Shown here piece by piece: positions 47,508-57,051 of a stretch of DNA of 64,000 nt. The notes beneath the pieces are model-generated. The model made no database searches, was not told where the DNA came from, and was given only the letters and a program-made list of their open reading frames with translations. The stretch comes from Candidatus Melainabacteria bacterium 17Bon1m (GTDB lineage: Bacteria; Cyanobacteriota; Vampirovibrionia; Obscuribacterales; Obscuribacteraceae), in assembly GCA_032128875.1 (NCBI GenBank), contig JAVLKG010000005.1, positions 384,001-448,000 of the forward strand, given 5' to 3'. The position numbers and the translations under genes were made by a program. The number at the start of each line of letters is the position of its first letter. Position 1 is the first letter of the stretch.

Positions 47508-48929
47508 ATGTCAAACGCACCCAAGATACTTGCAATCGTTCCATCGTTGATAGCATCTTGCCAAATCAACGTGCTGAAGCCGCTCAATAAGCTTGCCGAG
47601 AGAGGCAAGGTCGAATTTCGCTGGATGCTGGAATCAAAGGCGGATGTTACTGCCCTTGCTTGGTGCGACGTTGTGATTTTTTGCCGCAACACAGAGCCGG
47701 CATATGGACATTTATTGAATGCCGCGGTGTGTGCTGGAAAGCCGATCATTTTTGATCTGGATGACAATTTCTGGGATATTCCATATGACACGGATCCGGA
47801 ATTGGCGCGCTATCATCGCCTCCCTCCTCGCCTGGCCCAATTAGAAAAATACTTGTCTTTCTCCAGTCTTGTTCGCGTGTACAGCCCTGTACTGGCTGAG
47901 CGTGTTAGTGCATTCAGCCAGAAAATCAAAATGCTGAAGTCCGGCTTTGATTTCTCGCTAGTATCAGGCAAGCGGCACAAGCAGAACGGAAGCACGCGCA
48001 TCGTGTACGCAACGAGCCGCATCGTCGATGACCAATATCATGAATTTCTCGACGGCATCATTCGAATCCTCGACGTTTACCAGGATAGAGTCAGTCTGAC
48101 TATTTGTGGCTGCAAACCCAGAGAGCTAGCCGCGCGGCGGGGAGTGGAGCTTATACCGCTCTACCCAGACTATGATAGATTTTTGATGGACTTTCATGCC
48201 CGTGGCTTTGACATTGGGCTTGCACCATTGCCAGATACCGTTTTTCATCGCTCGAAAAACAACACGAAATTTAGAGACTATGGTGCATGCCGGGTCGCTG
48301 GTGTTTACTCTGACGTAGATGTTTATTCATCATGCATTGAGGATGGCAGCACCGGAATTCTTGTCAGCAACACCGCTCAAGGCTGGTTTGACGGTGTCTC
48401 GAAGCTTATCGAAAATCCGGCGTTGACCGAAAGAATCAAAGACACTGCTTACAAGCATGTCTACGATAACTACCGGCAGGAATTAGTCGAAGAAGAGTGG
48501 CTTGTCGATATCACGTCAGTCTTGTCTCAACCTAGTCGAGAAGACTCTTTGCGGGCTGTGGAAACACAAGATATCCGTGTGAAAGCGGATTTCTTTGGAC
48601 TATATGGAATCCGCATTCCAGGCGAGTCTCCGGATGGGCAAAAGACGGCTAATTTGCTTTTGGAAGTTCTCACACCCGACGGTTATATCTTGCGGGAGGC
48701 TACCAGTTCGAATCTGCGCATTCTTGAAGATGGTGATATCGAGATTACTTTCGAGCCTATTGCAAATTCTCAGCGCCGAGAGTTTGTTTTCCGGTTGGTC
48801 TCTCTGCCGAGAGAGTTTCAACCAAAACCAGATTCCGAATGGACTACTGGTTGGATTCCGCCCAGCGGATTGATGCAAATGCTTTATCAATCGAAGCAAC
48901 TCGTGTCTGCGGGGATAGATAAACGATGA
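47508..48929 (+). CDS. GT-B glycosyltransferase with C-terminal beta-sandwich domain
   Basis: IFDLDDNFW, DIGLAPL.DTVFHRSKNNTKF.DY, DGSTGILV. Confidence 0.75.
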   Translation: MSNAPKILAIVPSLIASCQINVLKPLNKLAERGKVEFRWMLESKADVTALAWCDVVIFCRNTEPAYGHLLNAAVCAGKPIIFDLDDNFWDIPYDTDPELARYHRLPPRLAQLEKYLSFSSLVRVYSPVLAERVSAFSQKIKMLKSGFDFSLVSGKRHKQNGSTRIVYATSRIVDDQYHEFLDGIIRILDVYQDRVSLTICGCKPRELAARRGVELIPLYPDYDRFLMDFHARGFDIGLAPLPDTVFHRSKNNTKFRDYGACRVAGVYSDVDVYSSCIEDGSTGILVSNTAQGWFDGVSKLIENPALTERIKDTAYKHVYDNYRQELVEEEWLVDITSVLSQPSREDSLRAVETQDIRVKADFFGLYGIRIPGESPDGQKTANLLLEVLTPDGYILREATSSNLRILEDGDIEITFEPIANSQRREFVFRLVSLPREFQPKPDSEWTTGWIPPSGLMQMLYQSKQLVSAGIDKR

Positions 48930-49642
48930 ATTCCATTACTCATTTGGTATCCAATATAGTGCCATTAAATGAAGGCGGCAACCCGTGCTCGAGTGATTGT
49001 CCTGCCGTCCCTGAGCGTTTTGAGCCACAGAGTAAAGACGAACTTCTGCAACACATTCAAACTCTAGAAGCTGAGCTGCATAGCGTCAGAGAGAAAAGCA
49101 AATTTATTGCACAGGAGCTGGATCTGTTCCGCCAGCGTCGCGCTATCTTCTGGTCGGATCGTTTTCGCAATACATTCGATGCCTGGAGTTTGCTTAGCAA
49201 AGGCTTTCAGCGATTGAAGGACGACACCGCAATTTTTGCAAGCGATCTAAAAGGGTACCGTTTGCAGCCAAGTTTGAGCATGTTGCGAGTCTCGTATCTC
49301 AGTTACAAAGTCAAGCTGAATACCAAGGGTTTGACTGGTGTCTATCTTGCTCCTGTCGTCGAATTTCCGCTGCAAAAAGGCGAAATTGTCCTACAAATTA
49401 TGGAAGAGTCCAAAAGGCTTCTTGTTGAAACTTCTGTGCCGGTGGCGCAAATTAGTGACGATGGTCCGGTCGCATTTAGATTTCCGCCCCTTCAAAATTC
49501 AGACAATGAGCTAATATTCAACATTTTTGTTCAAAATGTTGATGTGCCTGTAAGGCTTTTAGAAATGCGCCGCTACGCGCTTGGCGGTTTCGGAAGACTT
49601 TCTACAGTCTGCTTTGCCGGATTCATTTTCGACGGTGAGTAA
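48926..49642 (+). CDS. Hypothetical protein: coiled coil plus beta-sandwich domain paralogous to the upstream GT tail
   Basis: ATGA overlap; heptad segment ELLQHIQTLEAELHSVREK; ISDDGPVAFRFPPLQNS resembles ILEDGDIEITFEPIANS. Confidence 0.7.
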   Translation: MNSITHLVSNIVPLNEGGNPCSSDCPAVPERFEPQSKDELLQHIQTLEAELHSVREKSKFIAQELDLFRQRRAIFWSDRFRNTFDAWSLLSKGFQRLKDDTAIFASDLKGYRLQPSLSMLRVSYLSYKVKLNTKGLTGVYLAPVVEFPLQKGEIVLQIMEESKRLLVETSVPVAQISDDGPVAFRFPPLQNSDNELIFNIFVQNVDVPVRLLEMRRYALGGFGRLSTVCFAGFIFDGE

Positions 49643-49651
49643 TTACCAGTA

Positions 49652-50551
49652 CTAATCTTTTGGGCTTTCCTTAGGTGCGTGCTTAGCGGAAACCTTGAGT
49701 GCACGTTTGACCTTCTGCCATTTGTTTCTCAGTTTCCAAAAACCGCTGGATTCCATTTGGCGAATTCTGTCCCGCAAATTCTGCAGCTCTCGCTTCATCT
49801 CCATTTCTGGAGTGTCATCCTCGAGGAGCTGCCTGTATTCGGCAAAGCGATGCATGATGAAGTCCAGATTCTCAACATAGAGATTGCGATGGTTCTTCGC
49901 CAGTTGCTCAAACATCTCCATCTTTTGTTTGGCGTTGAATCTTTGGGTTCTCGAGTCACTTTCTTGTCGGTAGTAAAAGAGCGTCTGAGGAATTCTTATT
50001 ACCACTCTTTTCAGCTCAATAATCGAAAGCCAAAAATCATGGTCTTCCCAGCCGTGAATCATGTTGGGGTTGTAGCCGCCGACGCTCTGCCAGTCAGCTT
50101 TTCTGAAAACAGCCGCGGAAAATATGAAGTTGTCCAGGAGAATGTCAGGAAAATTGTACGGCGGCAATTCCCACTTTCCATTTCGATTGCCGAAATAGGC
50201 TGCGTCGCAATAGACGATTCCTATATCGCTTTGATCTCGAAAGAGTTTTTCTGCTTTCTCTAAATAAGAAGGGTCGATTTTATCGTCGGCATCTAGCGTC
50301 AAGATCAGCTCACCCTTAGCATTCTTGATGCCATGATTGCGTGCTGCCGACGGTCCCGCGTTGTCCTTTTGCAAAAGAATCACTTGGGAGGACTTCAAAA
50401 ATTCAAGTAACGAGTCTGAGGGAGGTTGAGTCGAGCCGTCGTCTACAACTATTATTTCTACGTCCGCAAGTGTTTGTTTCAAAACACTGTCCACGGCATC
50501 GCGCAGATAATGCCAGTGATTGAAGCAGGGGATGACGACTGAAACTTTCAC
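49652..50551 (-). CDS. GT2 glycosyltransferase with C-terminal coiled coil/amphipathic helix
   Basis: VSVVIPCFN, VDDGST, GPSAARN, LDADD, GWEDHDFW; tail ELQNLRDRIRQMESSGFWKLR. Confidence 0.88.
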   Translation of the reverse strand: MKVSVVIPCFNHWHYLRDAVDSVLKQTLADVEIIVVDDGSTQPPSDSLLEFLKSSQVILLQKDNAGPSAARNHGIKNAKGELILTLDADDKIDPSYLEKAEKLFRDQSDIGIVYCDAAYFGNRNGKWELPPYNFPDILLDNFIFSAAVFRKADWQSVGGYNPNMIHGWEDHDFWLSIIELKRVVIRIPQTLFYYRQESDSRTQRFNAKQKMEMFEQLAKNHRNLYVENLDFIMHRFAEYRQLLEDDTPEMEMKRELQNLRDRIRQMESSGFWKLRNKWQKVKRALKVSAKHAPKESPKD

Positions 50552-50554
50552 TTT

Positions 50555-51346
50555 CTACCACAAGTTGTTTTGGCTAAGATATGCGCGAGTCTCAACAAAA
50601 TTCTCGACCGTGTTAATGTCATAAAAACGCTTGCTGACAGAGAATCCTGCAAGCTCCTTCTTCTTTGACATTGACTTGAAAATGTCACTTAAGTCAAACG
50701 ATGTTTTCTTTAACTTCTTGCTGTGCTGCATGAATGCGCTTTTGGAAAAGAATGACAATCCATAGTCAATAAAGTGCATATTATCAGAGGGATCTTTCTT
50801 GTCGTATTTGAGGACCAGTCTGCTTTCCTCATCAAATTCGACATTGCTGGGCGCCCATTGATTGTTGTTCTCTAAAATCGACATCATGCCGCCCAGGCGG
50901 CTGGCTTTGAATGCGGTAAACAATGGCGGCATCGATATATCGAGGTAGGTGTCACCGTACATCACCGCAAAATCTTCGTCCACCATGTCCAGCGCCTTTT
51001 CGACGGCCGACCCGGTGCCGAAATTGTCCTGCCCATCATGGCTGTATGCGATTGACATTGAGAATTTGCTTCCGTCTCCAAGATAATCCTCGATTTGCTC
51101 GGAGAAATGATGGACAAGCACTATCAGTTTTGTTACTCCTTGACGCTGCAGCAACCGGAGGACATGGGCTATGAAGGGCTCACCAGAGATATCGACCATG
51201 GACTTGGGTTTATCTTTGGACATCTCTCCCAGGCGTGTGCCTTTGCCTCCGGCAAGAATTAAGAATGGAACGTCCTTCAGGCTCAGTAATGACGACTGGG
51301 CTTGGCTTTGCGGGCGGGGCGGTGCGGCTTCTATTTCTTCGTCCAT
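50555..51346 (-). CDS. Sugar-phosphate nucleotidyltransferase (HddC/WcbM-like)
   Basis: LAGGKGTRL, PKSM, GEPF, GTG, YGDTY, FIDYG, FYDI. Confidence 0.8.
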   Translation of the reverse strand: MDEEIEAAPPRPQSQAQSSLLSLKDVPFLILAGGKGTRLGEMSKDKPKSMVDISGEPFIAHVLRLLQRQGVTKLIVLVHHFSEQIEDYLGDGSKFSMSIAYSHDGQDNFGTGSAVEKALDMVDEDFAVMYGDTYLDISMPPLFTAFKASRLGGMMSILENNNQWAPSNVEFDEESRLVLKYDKKDPSDNMHFIDYGLSFFSKSAFMQHSKKLKKTSFDLSDIFKSMSKKKELAGFSVSKRFYDINTVENFVETRAYLSQNNLW

Positions 51347-51544
51347 CTCGGCCGTAATCTCTTATGTGCCAACTGTGGCACCTTTGCCGCAATTGTCTAA
51401 GATTATCAAGTTTGAAGAAAGGGCTTTAGAACTAGCTAATTCGCATTTTAAATGCTCGCGGCCAGGTATGCTTTATTCTGAAAAACCGCAGTTTAAGCCG
51501 GTGTTAAACGGTTTGCGAGCGGTGAGCGGACGAGTCTTATTGGT

Positions 51545-52444
51545 ATGAGTGATAGAGTTCTAATATTTGGCGGCTCCGGAATGCTGGGGCACAAGCTAAG
51601 TCAGGTTGTATCCAAAGAAGCCGACACTTTTGTGACGATGAGAAGTGCCGATTTGGCGCTCAAGTATCCGGGTGTATTCGGCAAGACAAAAGTGATCGAA
51701 GGCGTTGACGCTCAAAATGCCGAGAGCGTGGACAGAGCTTTCCAGGTCGCCAGTCCTACCGTCGTTGTCAATGCCGTCGGCATAGTGAAGCAGATTGCCA
51801 CTTCAAAAGATGCAGTGAACAGTATCACTGTGAATTCCGTCTTCCCTCACCGACTTGCTGAGCGGTGTGTTCGCGATGGTATTAGGCTCATTTCCATATC
51901 CACTGATTGCGTGTTCTCGGGTAATCGCGGCAATTATTCGGAAGAGGATGCACCGGATCCGCAAGATCAGTATGGCCGCACAAAGCTGTTGGGCGAAATC
52001 GATTTGCCCAATTGTTTGACTTTTAGAACTTCAATAATCGGACCGCAGATACAGGGCGAGTATTCGCTTTTGGAATGGTTTATGCGGCAAAAAGGAGGAA
52101 GCATCAAAGGTTACCGTAAAGCGATTTTTACGGGCTGGCCCACAATTGAGCTGGCTGAAATTGTCACTAAGGTGATAACTCTGCATCGTGAGCTAAGCGG
52201 CATCTATCACGTCGCCACTCAACCTATATCAAAGTTTGAACTGCTATCGCTTATTAACGACGCCTATGAATTAAATGTGGAGATTGCACCTGACGATGTA
52301 TTTGATTGCAATCGTTCACTCAATGGATCGCAGTTTCAAGCGAAAACCGGCATCGTAGCGAAGCCGTGGAAAGAGCTTGTCCAGCATATGCGCGCGGATT
52401 CGGCACTATATTCGGTGCTGGCTTCCTCCGCTGTTTCAAAGTAA
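51545..52444 (+). CDS. RmlD-like NDP-4-keto-6-deoxysugar reductase (WbvR/QnlA-like)
   Basis: GGSGMLG, NAVGIVKQ, NSVFPH, ISTDCVFSG.RG.Y.E, YGRTKLLGE, RTSIIG. Confidence 0.82.
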   Translation: MSDRVLIFGGSGMLGHKLSQVVSKEADTFVTMRSADLALKYPGVFGKTKVIEGVDAQNAESVDRAFQVASPTVVVNAVGIVKQIATSKDAVNSITVNSVFPHRLAERCVRDGIRLISISTDCVFSGNRGNYSEEDAPDPQDQYGRTKLLGEIDLPNCLTFRTSIIGPQIQGEYSLLEWFMRQKGGSIKGYRKAIFTGWPTIELAEIVTKVITLHRELSGIYHVATQPISKFELLSLINDAYELNVEIAPDDVFDCNRSLNGSQFQAKTGIVAKPWKELVQHMRADSALYSVLASSAVSK

Positions 52445-52498
52445 ATTGGTTTTTCAAAGGCAAATTCAAGTCTAAATTCAGGAGCGGAAATTTCGGAA

Positions 52499-53290
52499 AT
52501 GACGGTATCTTCAGTGGCTGTGTCTAAAGAGCAGAATGTGACAAATTCTGAGAAAACCAGCCGGCATCAGTGGGAAAAGATCAAGAAGCCACCTACGTTT
52601 TGCGTGGTATTACCGGTCTGCAATGCGCAGGAAAAGATTGCAAAACGTGTTAGTGCAATAGTCAAAGTTCTGGATAACATCAGAGCACGAACCACGATAA
52701 TTGTTGTCAACGACGGAAGCCGCGACCAAACTTCTCTCGTTCTTCAGCAGCTCACGCAGGTATATCCGCAACTTGTAACCATCAACCGTCCGGAGCGGAA
52801 AGGCTACGGAAGTGCTACAAGAGCGGGCTTCCGGGCGGCGATCGATCACGGCTTTGATTACGCGCTCGTCTTGGACGGCGAAGCTCCGGCAAATGCTGAG
52901 TCAATTGAAGACTTTCTGCGTCCGATGCTGCTCTCGTACGATTTCATCAAGGCTTCGAGATATTCGCCATATAGCAAAGTGCGCGGAGTTTCGATGGTAA
53001 GGCGGTTCACATCGGTCATATTCAATAGGGTAGCCAGAAGAATTGTAGACTTGCCGATTACGGATTATTCCAACGGCGTCAGAGCAATTAAATGCACCTT
53101 GCTTGCGCGTATGATGACCGAGGAATGCGGACCGGCGTTATTGATCGAGGAAATCGTGCAGGGCAAAAGGCTGGGCGCGAAGTTTTTTGAGGTTCCTCAC
53201 ACACTTACACCGATGGGCAGCGAGTCGCTGTACTCCGCTTCTCCATCCACGTCAGACTATGGCAAATACTTGAAGCATTTGCTCGGATAG
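52499..53290 (+). CDS. GT2, polyprenyl-phosphate glycosyltransferase-like (DPM/GtrB family), atypical DxD
   Basis: VVLPV.N, VNDGSRDQT, GYGSA..AGF, KASRY, ITDYSNG.RA; LDGE at the DxD position. Confidence 0.75.
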   Translation: MTVSSVAVSKEQNVTNSEKTSRHQWEKIKKPPTFCVVLPVCNAQEKIAKRVSAIVKVLDNIRARTTIIVVNDGSRDQTSLVLQQLTQVYPQLVTINRPERKGYGSATRAGFRAAIDHGFDYALVLDGEAPANAESIEDFLRPMLLSYDFIKASRYSPYSKVRGVSMVRRFTSVIFNRVARRIVDLPITDYSNGVRAIKCTLLARMMTEECGPALLIEEIVQGKRLGAKFFEVPHTLTPMGSESLYSASPSTSDYGKYLKHLLG

Positions 53291-53308
53291 TTCAACAAAA
53301 GGGAGAGT

Positions 53309-54625
53309 ATGCACGTGAGCGTCGCATCTGCTAAAACCGCCAGAGATATCGATAAAGCAAGGAGCGTAGAAGTGAAGTGCGCATTTTGCTCCGGCAAAAA
53401 GATGCACAGCATTATCGATTTTGGTGATGTCGCCTTGGCCGGCGGCTTTCTCAAGAAAGACGACATTGCTAAGGAGCCAAAGTTTCCACTGCGTACTTTT
53501 TTCTGTACTGAATGCTATGCCGTCCAGGTCGTAGATATTGTCGAGCCTGAGGTTCTTTTCAAAAACTACTTTTATTTCTCATCGGCTATACGCTCTCTTA
53601 AAGAGCATTTTGTCGATTATGCGATGGAAGTTTCCTCCCGTTTTCTCAATCCGGAAGAGGCGACGGTTGTTGAATTCGGCTGCAACGACGGTATTTTGCT
53701 CAAGCCATTTGCCGACCAAAAAGTTCGCACTCTAATCGGTGTAGATCCCGCAACCAATGTCATCAACACTATTCAAGATCCCAGAATCAAAACGATAAAT
53801 GATTTCTTCGGTCCTCAGGTTGGCGCCGAAATCGAGCAGAAATATGGCAAAGCCGATTTGATTGTCGCCAATAATGTCTATGCGCATATTCCCGATATCA
53901 ATGGCGTCACCACCGCCGTAAGAGATCTCCTTAAGGATGACGGTGTATTCGTCTTCGAAGTCCATTATCTCGGTAAGGTCATCGAGGGACTGCAGTACGA
54001 CATGATTTATCACGAGCATCTCTACTATTACTCGTTGATAGCTCTGCAAAACCACTTTGCGCGTTATGACATGACTGTCTTCGACGTGAAGCCGATTCCT
54101 ATTCACGGCGGCTCGATGCGCTATTACGTGACGAAAAACGGCAGCAAGTATGCCAAGAATATCTCGGCGCGTGTTGAGCTACTTGCAAAAGACGAGCGGC
54201 AGAAAGGCTACGACAAGCTGGAAACATACGCTACTTTCAGCAAAGATGTCGCCGAAAGAAGAGACCAGCTCATGAGTTTGCTCTCCAGGCTAAAGAAAAA
54301 TGGGCGCACAATCGCCGGATACGGTGCGTCAGGGCGCGCCAACACCATAATTCAATACTCTGGAATAACGCATGAGCACATCGATTATATGATCGACGAT
54401 GCCCCAGCTAAAGAAGGATTTTGCACGCCGGGATCGCATTTTGAGATTTTTTCCAATCGACGATTGAAAGAAAATCGTCCTGACTATTTGTTGATTTTTG
54501 CTTGGGGATATTTCAATGAGATAGCCGAAAAATGCAGGGATTACCTTGCCTCCGGCGGTCGAATGATTGCTCCTCTTCCCGATGTGAAAGTGGTCTTCGC
54601 TCCAACGCAAGATGCCGATCTGTAG
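53309..54625 (+). CDS. NDP-hexose C-methyltransferase (Zn-binding N-terminus, SAM-dependent)
   Basis: CAFC...CTEC, EFGCNDG, GVDPA, ANNVYAHIPD, YDMIYHEH, HGGSMR, GYGA..R.NT, K.G..TPGSH, FAW.Y..EI. Confidence 0.9.
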   Translation: MHVSVASAKTARDIDKARSVEVKCAFCSGKKMHSIIDFGDVALAGGFLKKDDIAKEPKFPLRTFFCTECYAVQVVDIVEPEVLFKNYFYFSSAIRSLKEHFVDYAMEVSSRFLNPEEATVVEFGCNDGILLKPFADQKVRTLIGVDPATNVINTIQDPRIKTINDFFGPQVGAEIEQKYGKADLIVANNVYAHIPDINGVTTAVRDLLKDDGVFVFEVHYLGKVIEGLQYDMIYHEHLYYYSLIALQNHFARYDMTVFDVKPIPIHGGSMRYYVTKNGSKYAKNISARVELLAKDERQKGYDKLETYATFSKDVAERRDQLMSLLSRLKKNGRTIAGYGASGRANTIIQYSGITHEHIDYMIDDAPAKEGFCTPGSHFEIFSNRRLKENRPDYLLIFAWGYFNEIAEKCRDYLASGGRMIAPLPDVKVVFAPTQDADL

Positions 54626-54669
54626 GATTGATACAAAAGTGTCTGGTACGTTTAGCAAGGTAATCTGAT

Positions 54670-55752
54670 TTGAAAGTAGTGACGATTTTTGGCACAAGAC
54701 CGGAGATGATCAAGCTCTGGTCAACCATGCGATTGCTCGATGAATTGAACTTTGAGCATATTATGGTTCATACCGGGCAAAATTTTACGCCTGAACTGAA
54801 GGATTTCTTCTTCACTGATTTGAAACTCAGAAAGCCTGATTATCAGCTGCAAATCGACACTTCCAGTTATGCAAAAGAAGTGGCTGACGTGATTATCCAG
54901 ACCGATGCATTGTTTGAGAAAATCAAACCAGATGCGCTGTTGATCCTAGGCGACACATTCAGCGGATTGTCTGTAATGCCTGCGTCTCAGCGCGGCATCA
55001 AGTCTTTCCATATGGAAGCAGGATTGCGCGCTTGGGACTGTCGCATGCCCGAGCAGAGAAACAGAAAATTGATCGATCACGCTTCGTACATCAATCTGCC
55101 GTTTAACCAGTATCATCGCGAGAACCTCATGCGGGAAGGAATTCACCCGTCTCGCATTTTCGTAACAGGCAACCCGACATTTGAAGTTATTCGCGCATTT
55201 TTGCCTGAAATCGAATCTTGCGATGTGCTTGAACGCCTTAACCTTGATGATAAGGGCTATGTTCTCGTTACTGCGCACCGTTCGGAGAATGTGGACAATC
55301 CGGTTTATCTGAATGCGATCATTGGAGCGCTAGGCGAGATTCACAAGCGTTTCAACAAGAAAGTTGTTTACCCCATGCACCCGCGAACGCAAAGTAAGCT
55401 GAAGGGAATTGATGTGCCGAAGGGCGTCGAGATCATGAATCCACTCGGATTTTACGATTTCAACAAACTCTACATGAAGGCATTTTGTGTTCTCTCGGAC
55501 TCCGGGACGGCTCCGGAAGAAGCTTATTACTGGAAGGTGCCATGCGTCAGCCTGCGCATGACTACGGAGCGTCCAGAGTCTGTTGAAGGCGGCGCACACA
55601 TTGTCGCCGGTATGGATCAAAACAATATTGTCGAGTCTGTGGAAACAGTAACAAGGCAGAAGTGGATGGGACGTTATTCTCTCGAGGAAGATTTCAGCCC
55701 GTCTGCAGTGGTGGCTAACGTTATGCGCAGTCAGATTACCAACTTTTTCTAG
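54670..55752 (+). CDS. Non-hydrolysing UDP-HexNAc 2-epimerase (FnlC/WbvD/QnlB-like)
   Basis: GTRPEMIK, HTGQN, LGDT, HMEAGLR, PEQRNR, TGNP, TAHRSENVD, SDSGT..EE, TERPE. Confidence 0.9.
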   Translation: MKVVTIFGTRPEMIKLWSTMRLLDELNFEHIMVHTGQNFTPELKDFFFTDLKLRKPDYQLQIDTSSYAKEVADVIIQTDALFEKIKPDALLILGDTFSGLSVMPASQRGIKSFHMEAGLRAWDCRMPEQRNRKLIDHASYINLPFNQYHRENLMREGIHPSRIFVTGNPTFEVIRAFLPEIESCDVLERLNLDDKGYVLVTAHRSENVDNPVYLNAIIGALGEIHKRFNKKVVYPMHPRTQSKLKGIDVPKGVEIMNPLGFYDFNKLYMKAFCVLSDSGTAPEEAYYWKVPCVSLRMTTERPESVEGGAHIVAGMDQNNIVESVETVTRQKWMGRYSLEEDFSPSAVVANVMRSQITNFF

Positions 55753-55754
55753 TA

Positions 55755-56921
55755 ATGGCAGAGGACGAAATGACGAGTTCAACCACCGATAAGCGCGGCA
55801 CAAAGAGCGAGCGACTGACGGGCGCAGCGATTAGGCTGGTACGAAATGTGCCGGGACTCAAAGAATCCGTTCTTACTGGTGTAGCGTTTTTGACTCGCCA
55901 TGAAACAGGCTATCTTCAGGCTCGTGTCGAGAAGCTGGAAGCAGCAAGCCACGAGCTCAACAATAGAATTGTCGAGCTAACATCTCTACAAGCGAGCATT
56001 TCCACTCATCTTGCTGCCGAGCAGAAACTCAACGCGGATGTAAAAAACGAGGTTGGCGCTTTCCGCCGATTGGTCTTCCTCGACAAGCGCCGTGAGCTAC
56101 TGGCGAAAAGTTTTCCCGATTATGCAGGACATCTTCCTCCGGCTGGCGATTTGCGGGTTGAGCTTAATAAGGCATTGGTGGCAGCCAGCATGCCTGTTAT
56201 CGTTTTTACACACATACAAAAAACAGCGGGTAACAGCGTGATTGCCTATTTGCGCCGCTGCCTGACTAAAGAAAGAGTGGTGCGAATTCACGAATTGGAA
56301 ATGGCGACAACCGATGAAACACGTGCCGTCGTTGATTCCAAATTTGGGTTGTATGACGTGCTTGCCGGTCACATCCCGTACTCTCGTGGTGTCGATCGAA
56401 TGACGGACAGAGAGAGCGTCAATATTAGTATTATGCGAGAGCCCATCGATAGGGTAGTCTCGCTGTATTACTACCTGAAGGCAAATGCGAGCTGGCTCGA
56501 ACAGGGCAAACGCATTGTTGCCGAGAATATGTCCATTGCTGATTTTGCCTACAGCGATATCTATTTCGACAATCATATGGTGCGCATGCTTTGCGACCAA
56601 GATCCCGCTCGTGCGCCGCTGGGTGACTGCACGCCGGATATGCTGGAGCAAGCCAAGATCAATGTGCTGCGAAACTTCTTGCTGGTTGGCGTGACAGAGG
56701 AAATTCACGATTTCCTGGCGGTTTTGGCAGAACTCTTTTGCTGGTCTTTGGATGATGTGCCGAAAGAGAACGTAAATGAGGCGCGTGCGCCGCTGTCGAA
56801 AGTGTCACCCGATGCTATTAATGCTCTTTCAGATCGCAACAAATATGACGTAGCGCTTTATCAATTTGTCAAAGGTGTTTGGTCGGACACAATGGCTGCG
56901 CGCTCGAACCGCCCGAGGTAG
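55755..56921 (+). CDS. Sulfotransferase (family 2-like) with N-terminal coiled coil
   Basis: 5'-PSB motif FTHIQKTAGNS, GH, 3'-PB motif MREPIDRVVSLYYY, N..D..LY; heptad segment at about residues 52-100. Confidence 0.82.
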   Translation: MAEDEMTSSTTDKRGTKSERLTGAAIRLVRNVPGLKESVLTGVAFLTRHETGYLQARVEKLEAASHELNNRIVELTSLQASISTHLAAEQKLNADVKNEVGAFRRLVFLDKRRELLAKSFPDYAGHLPPAGDLRVELNKALVAASMPVIVFTHIQKTAGNSVIAYLRRCLTKERVVRIHELEMATTDETRAVVDSKFGLYDVLAGHIPYSRGVDRMTDRESVNISIMREPIDRVVSLYYYLKANASWLEQGKRIVAENMSIADFAYSDIYFDNHMVRMLCDQDPARAPLGDCTPDMLEQAKINVLRNFLLVGVTEEIHDFLAVLAELFCWSLDDVPKENVNEARAPLSKVSPDAINALSDRNKYDVALYQFVKGVWSDTMAARSNRPR

Positions 56922-57051
56922 CGGACTCTTGGGTTGCTGAGTTGTGTTTAACACAAGGCCATTTATTTGAGGCGGTCCAGCTCTCACGGTTCCAAGGCAG
57001 TCGCAGTCATTCTTTGATATGATCGCCGCCTCAGTGCAATTGGAGTAGGTC

